Made by a program: the position numbers and the translations under genes
Shown: piece by piece, positions 41,131 through 49,577 of the stretch
Numbering within the stretch: position 1 is the stretch's first letter
How the letters are laid out: every line of letters starts with the position of its first letter
DNA from: Bacilli bacterium
GTDB taxonomy: Bacteria > Bacillota_I > Bacilli_A > RF39 > UBA660
Reading direction: 5' to 3'
DNA length: 64,000 nucleotides
Assembly (NCBI GenBank): GCA_017438635.1
Contig: JAFRUZ010000002.1
Span: forward strand, 623-64,622
The notes under the pieces: model-generated
The model's database searches: none
Seen by the model: the letters and a program-made list of their open reading frames with translations, nothing else
Told to the model about the DNA's origin: nothing

Positions 41131-41170
41131 CAAAAAACAATAGTTATATAACTATTGCTATTAAGTTATT
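41131..41170. repeat. 40-bp direct repeat, copy B (native spoIVA 3' end + terminator)
   Basis: CAAAAAACAATAGTTATATAACTATTG-CT-ATTAAGTTATT. Confidence 0.9.
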
Positions 41171-42619
41171 AGAACCTTTATTAACTACTTTTGACATGGT
41201 CTGTTGAAATTTATATCTAACGTTTTCGGGCATCATTGCTATTTTAGATTGAATTCCTTCTTGAACAATTGTATCTAGACTCCTTCCAAATATTTCAGAA
41301 GACCATATACTATTTGGATCATCTTTACTATCTTTCATTAAATGATCAATTAATTCTTTACTTTGAGACTCAGTACCTATTATAGGTTCAAAACTAGACT
41401 CTACATCAACTCTAATCATATGAATTGAAGGCGCTTTTGCTTTTAATTTAATTCCGTATCTAGAACCTTGTTTAGTAATCTCAGGTTTATCTAGTTTCAT
41501 ATCTTTTATCGTAGGATTAGCAACCCCATATCCTGTTGTTTTAACCATTTTAAGAGCAGTTTTAAACTGTTCGTATTCTTCTCTAGATTCTTTATATTCT
41601 TGAAACATAGAGAGCAAATTTGCCTTATTAGAAATATCAATATCTATCATCTCATTTAATACATCTTCAAATAAATCATTTGGAGCTTCAAGATTTATAG
41701 TAATAATTCCTGTTTTAGGATCAACCTCAGACATATAGGCTTTTGATATATATGAAGAATCACTAAAATGATTAACTATTCCATCTACATCTCGAAGTTT
41801 ATCTACTTCCACTACACTCTCTTTAATTTTATCAATATAAGCCTTTTTAACATAATGATTTGGTTTTAAAACACCTATCCACTCTGGAATATTAACATTA
41901 ACTTCTAAAACAGGAAACTCGTATAATGCCTCACGAAGTATATTTGTAATTTCAACTTCATTCATATTTAATACATCTATAGGAAGAACAGGAACTTTAT
42001 ATTTATCTTTTAATTCTCTAACTAAAAGTAACGTGCTAGAATCAGTAGGTTTTGTAGTATTTAAAACCATTATATAAGGTTTATGAATTGATTCAAGTTC
42101 TTTAACTACTTTCTCTTCAGCAGAAACATAATCATTTCTAGAAAACTCTCCAATAGAACCATCAGTAGTAATTATAATACCTATAGTAGAATGATCTTTT
42201 ATTACTTTCTCTGTCCCTATCTCAGCAGCCTCAATAAAAGGTATTTCATCTGGATACCAAGGAGTTTTTACCATTCTAGGTCCATTTTCATCTTCATATC
42301 CTTTAGCATTATCTATTACATATCCCACACAATCTACTAATCTCATATTACAAACCATATCATCTATTTTAATTTTAGCGACATTATTAGGAACAAATTT
42401 AGGCTCAATAGTCATTATTGTCTTACCACCACTAGACTGTGGTATTTCATCTAAAGTTCTCTTTCTTTCATACTCATCTTCAATATTTGGAACAACAAGT
42501 GATTCAACTACTTTTTTTATAAATGTAGACTTACCTGTTCTAACAGCTCCTACTACTCCAAGATAAATATCTCCTCCAGTACGATAGGCAATATTTTTTA
42601 TTATCTCTTGTTTATCCAC
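41144..42619 (-). CDS. spoIVA: Stage IV sporulation protein A
   Basis: RTGGDIYLGVVGAVRTGKSTFIK, DCVGY, RMVKTPW, TTDGS; 491 aa. Confidence 0.96.
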   Translation of the reverse strand: MDKQEIIKNIAYRTGGDIYLGVVGAVRTGKSTFIKKVVESLVVPNIEDEYERKRTLDEIPQSSGGKTIMTIEPKFVPNNVAKIKIDDMVCNMRLVDCVGYVIDNAKGYEDENGPRMVKTPWYPDEIPFIEAAEIGTEKVIKDHSTIGIIITTDGSIGEFSRNDYVSAEEKVVKELESIHKPYIMVLNTTKPTDSSTLLLVRELKDKYKVPVLPIDVLNMNEVEITNILREALYEFPVLEVNVNIPEWIGVLKPNHYVKKAYIDKIKESVVEVDKLRDVDGIVNHFSDSSYISKAYMSEVDPKTGIITINLEAPNDLFEDVLNEMIDIDISNKANLLSMFQEYKESREEYEQFKTALKMVKTTGYGVANPTIKDMKLDKPEITKQGSRYGIKLKAKAPSIHMIRVDVESSFEPIIGTESQSKELIDHLMKDSKDDPNSIWSSEIFGRSLDTIVQEGIQSKIAMMPENVRYKFQQTMSKVVNKGSNNLIAIVI

Positions 42620-42641
42620 ACAATCACTCTCTTTCTATTTA

Positions 42642-42670
42642 AATCTATGATAGAAAAAGATTATTATTAC
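42642..42670 (-). promoter_or_regulatory. Putative sigma-E promoter of spoIVA
   Basis: GTAATAA...CATAGATT upstream of RBS; spoIVA is sigE-dependent in B. subtilis. Confidence 0.5.
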
Positions 42671-42699
42671 AAGAAAAAAGATATAATAAAATTATATCT

Positions 42700-43440
42700 T
42701 TATCTTTTTAATACTCTTTGTAATTCTACAAGTTGTTTATTATCTTGATATTCATAAATACCTGCAAAATCAGTATCAGATATTTGTCTATCATATATTC
42801 TTTTTGTTAACTCTTCTAAGTCCTTAACACTATAATCCATATCAGCATAGTATGGTTTTATAATTTGTAATTGCTTAGATACAGAATAATCCACAAAAGG
42901 ATAATTAATTTGAGCAGCCTCAATACTAGCAATATCATAATATCCTTTTTTTAGTTGTGTTGCAAGACGACTTTTTAGATTACATAAAGAATGTTTTAAA
43001 GCAATAATAGTTTCATACTCAGTTGAAACTTTATCACTATTAGCATTATCTTTAATTAATTTAGACATTTTATCATAAACTAAATCTGCTTTATCATAAG
43101 GAGTATAAAGAGCCAAGAAATACTTATCTAAATCTCTAAAACCTAACTTAATCTCTTCTCTTAATACACAAATGTCTTTAAGTTCAGAATTATTGATATA
43201 GTTATTAATAGTAGAAAATAAACCTAAATCTTTTTTAGTAGATCTAAAATAAATATATGATTCATTTATACTTTCTTCCATATGTCCTGCACAACAAGCA
43301 CGTGTCATAGTACCATTTCCATAAGATGTTAATAATAGTCTTTCTAAACTCTCTCTACCTTCTGAAAATAGTTTGGCATAATAATGCTTATTCTTTATTA
43401 CCTCTCTTTTGTTATCAACACATTTCATAGTGCTACGCAT
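42700..43440 (-). CDS. Hypothetical protein
   Basis: 246-aa ORF with TRACCAGH motif, AAGGGGG RBS. Confidence 0.7.
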   Translation of the reverse strand: MRSTMKCVDNKREVIKNKHYYAKLFSEGRESLERLLLTSYGNGTMTRACCAGHMEESINESYIYFRSTKKDLGLFSTINNYINNSELKDICVLREEIKLGFRDLDKYFLALYTPYDKADLVYDKMSKLIKDNANSDKVSTEYETIIALKHSLCNLKSRLATQLKKGYYDIASIEAAQINYPFVDYSVSKQLQIIKPYYADMDYSVKDLEELTKRIYDRQISDTDFAGIYEYQDNKQLVELQRVLKR

Positions 43441-43565
43441 AAAATAACCCCCTTTTTATGTCAATATCCACATCTTGTTTTTACGGGCTATATTATAGCA
43501 CATTTTCTTTGATTTGTCAATCATATCAACAAAAAGGAACCACAAAAGTGATTCCCATAATTATT

Positions 43566-45251
43566 CTATTTAAATATTACTTTTATAGTATGCTTTTTAG
43601 TTACATTTTTAAATGTATACTTTTCAGTAAGTTTTACTTTCTTACCATCAACATATATAGCACTTATCTTATAACCAACAGTAGGTTTAATATTTACTGT
43701 ATAACTTCTTCCATATTTTACAGTACCACTTTTTGTAATAGTACCTTTTCCAACTTTAGAAGTAGTTATTTTAAACTTATATATGGTAGCTTCAGCTTTT
43801 TCTGAATATTCATAAACTAAATTGTATACCTCATCTATATCAGTTGAACTATTTATCAAACTAATACCTTTATTAACTATAGATACAACCTTACTTTGAT
43901 TGTATTTTTTATTATTTTTATATTTATTTAATTCTGCTACAGATTCTTTCTTAACTAATTTTAATCTTTGTGAATAAGTAGGTGTTTCATCAAGTATTTC
44001 TGTTAATCTTGATATAATATCTGAAGGTACTTCAACATCTTTAGTTACTTCATAATAATCGATTAATGAAATAGCCCTATCTATTACGTATTCATTATAA
44101 TCTGCATCAGTATCATAATATAAATCATAACTTGCATATGTCTTTTTTAAAGCTTGCATTTTATTAGTAAGTCTTTTACTTCTAGCAGAATTATAGTCCT
44201 TATACTCTACTCCTGTAGTTTTAACAAGTTTTTCGATAGTTCTTTCATATAAAGACACCATTTCATCTACATTAACTGCGTTTGAAATTTCATTAACTGC
44301 ATTATTAACTATATTAGTAACAGTACTATCTATTGGATAATTAGCTACTTCAAGTTGTCTATTATAATAGTTTTGAATATAAAGTGTTAATCCTTCTTTG
44401 ATACTATTAATTTCTTTTTTAGTGTATATAACTTGTCCTATATAAATCTCAGGAGCAGTATTAATGCCTAATCTTTCTATTATTTCATAATCATCTTCAT
44501 CATAGTAATCGTCATCGTCATCATCATCGTAATCATCTTCATAAGAACAATAATAACTAGATTCTAAAGATTCCGCAAATGAGTATAATTCATCATAATT
44601 ACTAGCAATCATTCTTGATATTCCTAAAGCGTTTGCTAAAGATTCCCAATCAGTAGCAGCGGAAACTAAATTTTCAACAGTGGTTTTATCACCTTGAACT
44701 ATACTTGAGTAATAATCATTATATTGATCCTTTATGTTAGTATAACAACCAAATTCTTGATCAATAATTTCAAGCATATTATCTTTAAATTCGTCAACTG
44801 TAGCTCCCATAACTTTATTATTATCAAACAAAACAAGAGTATCAAGAGTATATAAATCTTGGAACATTTCATCACTATAAACTGGTATATACATTCCGAA
44901 AAAGTAGAATAATTGATCTATTAAATCACTTTGATTTTCAATGCTATTAACCTTATCACATAGATAATTATAATAACTATCAATTATAGCTCTTATCTCA
45001 TCAGAATACTCACGCTCAGAAGCAGAAAAATATATACTATCTACATCTTCTAATGCAATTTGTTTATAATATTCAAGTTCACTACCTACTGCTTTTATTT
45101 GTGCTTGAGTAGGTTTTGTTATTTTAAACTTTTGTCTTTCAGTAACTCTTTTTTGATTTAAAACTTTATTATTTGCGGCATTTACAGTATTAGGTGCAAA
45201 TGTAATTAATAAAGATAAAACAATTGTAAATATAAATAATTTCTTTTTCAT
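43566..45251 (-). CDS. Secreted acidic helical protein with C-terminal InlB-B/divergent repeat-type domain
   Basis: Sec signal (...TVNA), C-terminal ITTSKVGKGTI...IKPTVGYKISAIYVDG...YTFKNVTKKHTIKVIF. Confidence 0.7.
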   Translation of the reverse strand: MKKKLFIFTIVLSLLITFAPNTVNAANNKVLNQKRVTERQKFKITKPTQAQIKAVGSELEYYKQIALEDVDSIYFSASEREYSDEIRAIIDSYYNYLCDKVNSIENQSDLIDQLFYFFGMYIPVYSDEMFQDLYTLDTLVLFDNNKVMGATVDEFKDNMLEIIDQEFGCYTNIKDQYNDYYSSIVQGDKTTVENLVSAATDWESLANALGISRMIASNYDELYSFAESLESSYYCSYEDDYDDDDDDDYYDEDDYEIIERLGINTAPEIYIGQVIYTKKEINSIKEGLTLYIQNYYNRQLEVANYPIDSTVTNIVNNAVNEISNAVNVDEMVSLYERTIEKLVKTTGVEYKDYNSARSKRLTNKMQALKKTYASYDLYYDTDADYNEYVIDRAISLIDYYEVTKDVEVPSDIISRLTEILDETPTYSQRLKLVKKESVAELNKYKNNKKYNQSKVVSIVNKGISLINSSTDIDEVYNLVYEYSEKAEATIYKFKITTSKVGKGTITKSGTVKYGRSYTVNIKPTVGYKISAIYVDGKKVKLTEKYTFKNVTKKHTIKVIFK

Positions 45252-45261
45252 TTGCAACCTC

Positions 45262-47880
45262 CTACTTTACTACCTTATTAACAGTATTAGAATAAGAACT
45301 ATATACTTTCTTACCATTTACTGTTCTATAAGCTTTTATTTTATAGAAATACTTCTTACCAGAAGTAAGTCCAGTATTGTTATATGAATTAGTAGTTACA
45401 CTCTTTAATGCTGTATATTTACCATTTAAAGATGTAGATCTATAAATAGTATATCCATTAGCACCTGTTATCTTACCCCAAGATAGAGTAACAATGCCTT
45501 TCTTTGTGCTACTAACCTTTAATGTTGGTGCTTTCAAAATTGTTTTAGCGCCTTTTTTGTATGAATATCCAAAGAATATATCTTCAGGTACTGCTTTATA
45601 TTTTGCTCTAACTCTATAATAATAAGTAGTATTAAAGTTAAGATTAGTATTTGTATAAGAATTAGTAGTTACAGTAGCAATTTGTTTATATGTTCCATTT
45701 AAACTAGTAGATCTTTCAATACTATAAGATAAAGCAACTGGTATTTTATTCCATGTTAATTTAAGACTATTATATGAATTATTAGTAACTTTCAAATTAT
45801 AATCACTTTGAGAATAACTTGCTTTACCTACAGTTAGTTTAGAAGTAGCATTCACTTTATAATCCCTATATGGATTATTAGCAGTAGCAACTATATATGT
45901 AACACCTGGAGCCTTTGCAGTTACTTTTCCTGTAACACTATTAACTGTTGCTACATTAGGATCTGTACTACTCCATACTACACCTGCATTAAATGTTAAA
46001 GGATTATCTTCATCATCTAAAGCTTCTGCTTCATATGTGAATTCTTCACCAACAAGAAGTTTCCAATAACTAGCTCTTGATGTAATATTTACTTTTCTAG
46101 CATCTTTATGTACAGTGATATCTACACTATCACTTAAACTACCATCAAAATTCTTAACTGTTATAGTAGCAGTTCCAGCACTAACTGCAGTTAAATAACC
46201 CATTTCATCTACATCTACAACTTTTCTATTACTACTTTTATAGTAAACTTCTTGATTTGTAGCATCTGCTGGCATAATTCTTACATTTAATGTTGTGTAG
46301 AATCCTATACTGACATCTTCTAAATCTTCTTTATCAAGAATAGCAATACTAGTTTGATGAACTACTCCATTAACTGTAACTTGACAAGTAACTTCTTTAC
46401 CATCTACTGTAGCTCTTATAGTAGTGGTACCAGCACTAACTCCAGTTACTTTTCCTGTTACAGAATCAACTGTAGCAATTGAATTATCATCACTAGACCA
46501 AGTAACACTCTTTAATGATGTAGCAGGTCTTACAAGTGTTTCTAAATAAACATTATCACCTTCATCAACTGTAGCTTTATCATCTTTGATAGTAAGTTCA
46601 GTAACACTTACAGAATCGCTTGCAGCATAAGCAGCTTCTACAGCAGCCTTTGCATTTACTACACCATAAGCCAACATTTCATCAAAACTATCTAAACTAG
46701 CACTAGCACATATTATATTGTAAATTTGTGCAGGTGTTAAATCAGGATTTGCATCTAACATAAGAGCTACAACTCCTGCAACTACAGGTGAAGCCATAGA
46801 TGTACCACTCATATAGTCATAATCATCACCAGGTATAGTACTTAAAATATTATTACCCGGTGCAGTTATATCTTTATATGTACCATAATCTGACCAATAA
46901 GTAGCATTATCATATTTATTTGAAGCATTAACACTAATTACTTCTTTAAAATCAGTTGGTGAAGAAAATGCATTAGTACCATCATTACCAGCAGCTGCAA
47001 CCATAACAATACCTGAATTATAAGCATCTCTTATAGCAGCTTCCATAGCCCTATCTCTTCCTTCTACACCAAAACTCATATTCATTACTTTTGCGCCACT
47101 ATCTTTAGCAAAATTTATAGCATCAATAATGTCTGCAGTATATAAATATTCTCCATCTGGACTAGATCCTACAACCATTAGATCTACTAAATCATTATTT
47201 GACCCAGAAGCAACTCCTGTTACTCCAAAATTATTGTTTGAAGCAGCAATTATACCAGATACATGAGTACCGTGTTCTCCAATATCATAATCTTTAGGTA
47301 TAGCGTTACCACCAACAGTTAAGTAATACTTTTCAGTGTCTACTAAAGTATCTTGTAAATCTTCATGTAAAACATCTACACCAGTATCAATTACAGCAAC
47401 TTTAGTAGTACTATAACCACCATGTCCTTCAATTACACTCCATGCTTCCCTAGCTTTAATATTATCTAAATGATATTGGTATTTAGGACCTTGATAAACA
47501 GCATTATCATTTTCGAAAAAGCTATACTTATAATTTGGTTGTACATACTCAACCTTGTCATTATCTTTAAACTTTTCAATAGCCTCAACCATTGTATCTT
47601 CACTAGAAATTTCTACTAAAGATGCCTTGCTATCTTCAGAAACTTCAATTATATCTATACAAGAAGCATCTTCGCTTTTTACAGCAGATTTTATAGCTCT
47701 GTTAGACATATTATCTTTAAAGATAACAATTAATTCCCCTTCTTTATACTCTGACTGTTCTAACATTTCTTTAGCATCTATGTTTTCTTTATCTGCCTCT
47801 ATACCTTCAGCATATACACAAACGCTTGGAAAAAGAGTTAAAATAGTCACAAAAAACAGTGTAAGTAATCTTTTTTTCAT
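45262..47880 (-). CDS. Secreted S8 subtilisin-like protease with Ig-like (Big_2) and FN3 domains
   Basis: Signal peptide; VAVIDTG, HGTHVSG, AAAGN, GTSMASP; three WSS/SS..VATVD..G.VTA repeats; two FN3 domains. Confidence 0.92.
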   Translation of the reverse strand: MKKRLLTLFFVTILTLFPSVCVYAEGIEADKENIDAKEMLEQSEYKEGELIVIFKDNMSNRAIKSAVKSEDASCIDIIEVSEDSKASLVEISSEDTMVEAIEKFKDNDKVEYVQPNYKYSFFENDNAVYQGPKYQYHLDNIKAREAWSVIEGHGGYSTTKVAVIDTGVDVLHEDLQDTLVDTEKYYLTVGGNAIPKDYDIGEHGTHVSGIIAASNNNFGVTGVASGSNNDLVDLMVVGSSPDGEYLYTADIIDAINFAKDSGAKVMNMSFGVEGRDRAMEAAIRDAYNSGIVMVAAAGNDGTNAFSSPTDFKEVISVNASNKYDNATYWSDYGTYKDITAPGNNILSTIPGDDYDYMSGTSMASPVVAGVVALMLDANPDLTPAQIYNIICASASLDSFDEMLAYGVVNAKAAVEAAYAASDSVSVTELTIKDDKATVDEGDNVYLETLVRPATSLKSVTWSSDDNSIATVDSVTGKVTGVSAGTTTIRATVDGKEVTCQVTVNGVVHQTSIAILDKEDLEDVSIGFYTTLNVRIMPADATNQEVYYKSSNRKVVDVDEMGYLTAVSAGTATITVKNFDGSLSDSVDITVHKDARKVNITSRASYWKLLVGEEFTYEAEALDDEDNPLTFNAGVVWSSTDPNVATVNSVTGKVTAKAPGVTYIVATANNPYRDYKVNATSKLTVGKASYSQSDYNLKVTNNSYNSLKLTWNKIPVALSYSIERSTSLNGTYKQIATVTTNSYTNTNLNFNTTYYYRVRAKYKAVPEDIFFGYSYKKGAKTILKAPTLKVSSTKKGIVTLSWGKITGANGYTIYRSTSLNGKYTALKSVTTNSYNNTGLTSGKKYFYKIKAYRTVNGKKVYSSYSNTVNKVVK

Positions 47881-47967
47881 ATCTATCCTCCTTATCTTAC
47901 CTTACTATTTAAATATACCAAAAATATGACAAAAAAACAAGTATAATACTTGTTTTTACATACTAAT

Positions 47968-48255
47968 TTAATCAAATATTTTTTTAACTTTTTCCTTAAG
48001 TTTTTCATCGTCAATAATAGATAAAACTTTTTGCTCTTTATCATATAAACCAATAGCTTTTTCATATGATAGGATCTCTTCTTCAACCTTTTTTAATCTT
48101 TTATGAATAGCATTACGAGATATACCTAAATTATCAGATATTTCACCCAAAGAAAGATTATCAAAATAATAATTTTTAAAACATTCTCTATCTTTATCTT
48201 CCAAAAGCTTTTCATAGTAATCAAAAAGAATTGTTAAATATACTACATCTTTCAT
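47968..48255 (-). CDS. ylxM: YlxM/UPF0122 HTH protein
   Basis: LFDYYEKLL...YYFDNLSLGEISDNLGISRNAIH; directly after ftsY. Confidence 0.9.
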   Translation of the reverse strand: MKDVVYLTILFDYYEKLLEDKDRECFKNYYFDNLSLGEISDNLGISRNAIHKRLKKVEEEILSYEKAIGLYDKEQKVLSIIDDEKLKEKVKKIFD

Positions 48256-49241
48256 TTTATCATATCCTTAAATAAACCATATATATACTTTTCTATATCA
48301 AATACACTTAAATCAGACTCTTTTTCACCAAGACCAACATATTTTACAGGAAGACCAACTTCATCTTTAATAGCAAGTACAATACCACCTTTAGCAGTTC
48401 CATCTAATTTAGTAAGAACTATGCCTGTAACACTAGTAACTTCCTTAAAAGTTTTGGCTTGACTGATACCATTTTGTCCAGTTGTTGCATCTATTACAAG
48501 TAATGTTTCATGTGGTGCTTCGGGAATAAAATTAGATATAACTCTATTTATTTTTTCAAGTTCTTTCATTAGATTAACTTTGTTTTGGAGTCTACCTGCA
48601 GTATCTATTAAAACAATATCAAAGTTCTCTTCTTTAGCCTTTTTTAAACCATCAAATACAACAGATGCTGGATCTTTTAAGTTTTCATCACCTACAAAAG
48701 ATGAACCAGTTCTATCAGCCCATTCAGCAAGTTGTTTAACAGCTCCTGCCCTAAAAGTATCAGCTCCTACCATAAGTACTTTCTTCCCTTTTTTTATTTC
48801 CTGAGCCGCTATTTTAGCAATTGTAGTAGTTTTTCCAACACCATTTACTCCTACAAATAAAACAACAGTAGGACCTTCTTTAGCATAATTAATTTTATTA
48901 ACTAATACTTCATTATTAACATAAATAATAAACAGTTCATCTACTATTATCTCCCTAAGGTCAGAAGTATTTTCAATATGTTCTTTTTTTACTCTATCAC
49001 GAAGTCTATCCATAAATTTCATAACTGTATTAACACCAAGATCTGCCATGACAAGTATTTCTTCTAAATCCATAAAAAACTCTTCTGTTATTTTATGATG
49101 CTTATCAGTTAAATTAACTAATTTAGATACAAAATTATCACGTGTCTTAGTAAGACCTTTATCATAAAGTTCAACTTCTTTTTGTTCCTCTTTAGAAGTA
49201 TCCTTTTTAAAACTTTTTTTAAGTTTATCAAATAGACCCAT
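48252..49241 (-). CDS. ftsY: SRP receptor FtsY
   Basis: GVNGVGKTTT, DTFRAGA, DTAGR, TKLDGTAKGG. Confidence 0.96.
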   Translation of the reverse strand: MGLFDKLKKSFKKDTSKEEQKEVELYDKGLTKTRDNFVSKLVNLTDKHHKITEEFFMDLEEILVMADLGVNTVMKFMDRLRDRVKKEHIENTSDLREIIVDELFIIYVNNEVLVNKINYAKEGPTVVLFVGVNGVGKTTTIAKIAAQEIKKGKKVLMVGADTFRAGAVKQLAEWADRTGSSFVGDENLKDPASVVFDGLKKAKEENFDIVLIDTAGRLQNKVNLMKELEKINRVISNFIPEAPHETLLVIDATTGQNGISQAKTFKEVTSVTGIVLTKLDGTAKGGIVLAIKDEVGLPVKYVGLGEKESDLSVFDIEKYIYGLFKDMIK

Positions 49242-49294
49242 TAATATCACCTGACAATATTATAACAAAAAAAATACAGTTATTAAACTGTATT

Positions 49295-49546
49295 TTATAC
49301 ATATTGTTCTAATATTTCTTGAAATTTTGGAGATAAAACTTGTAAAAGTGCAGGATCTACAACTTTTTCTAAAGTCCCATCTTCATAATGCACTACCATT
49401 ACCTTGTAATTATCAGTTACATCAGATTCATCAGGTAATATTTCGTTTACAAATACGTATTCTTCACCTTCATGAAGAAGCGCAGCTAAGACAACTACTT
49501 TATCATTGCCTTCAAAAGTTATTACATCATATCGTTTAAAAGTCAT
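49295..49546 (-). CDS. Small acidic protein (possibly DUF1292-like)
   Basis: 83 aa, AAGGGG RBS, terminator overlapping the stop. Confidence 0.6.
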   Translation of the reverse strand: MTFKRYDVITFEGNDKVVVLAALLHEGEEYVFVNEILPDESDVTDNYKVMVVHYEDGTLEKVVDPALLQVLSPKFQEILEQYV

Positions 49547-49577
49547 ATTAATTCCCCTTTCAGAACTTTTTTATATT

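Noticed and set aside
44488-44545. TCA/TCG trinucleotide run
   Set aside because: Encodes an Asp-rich linker with mixed codons; not a clean contingency repeat.
47892-48086. 64-aa ORF overlapping ylxM
   Set aside because: Alternate frame of ylxM without RBS.
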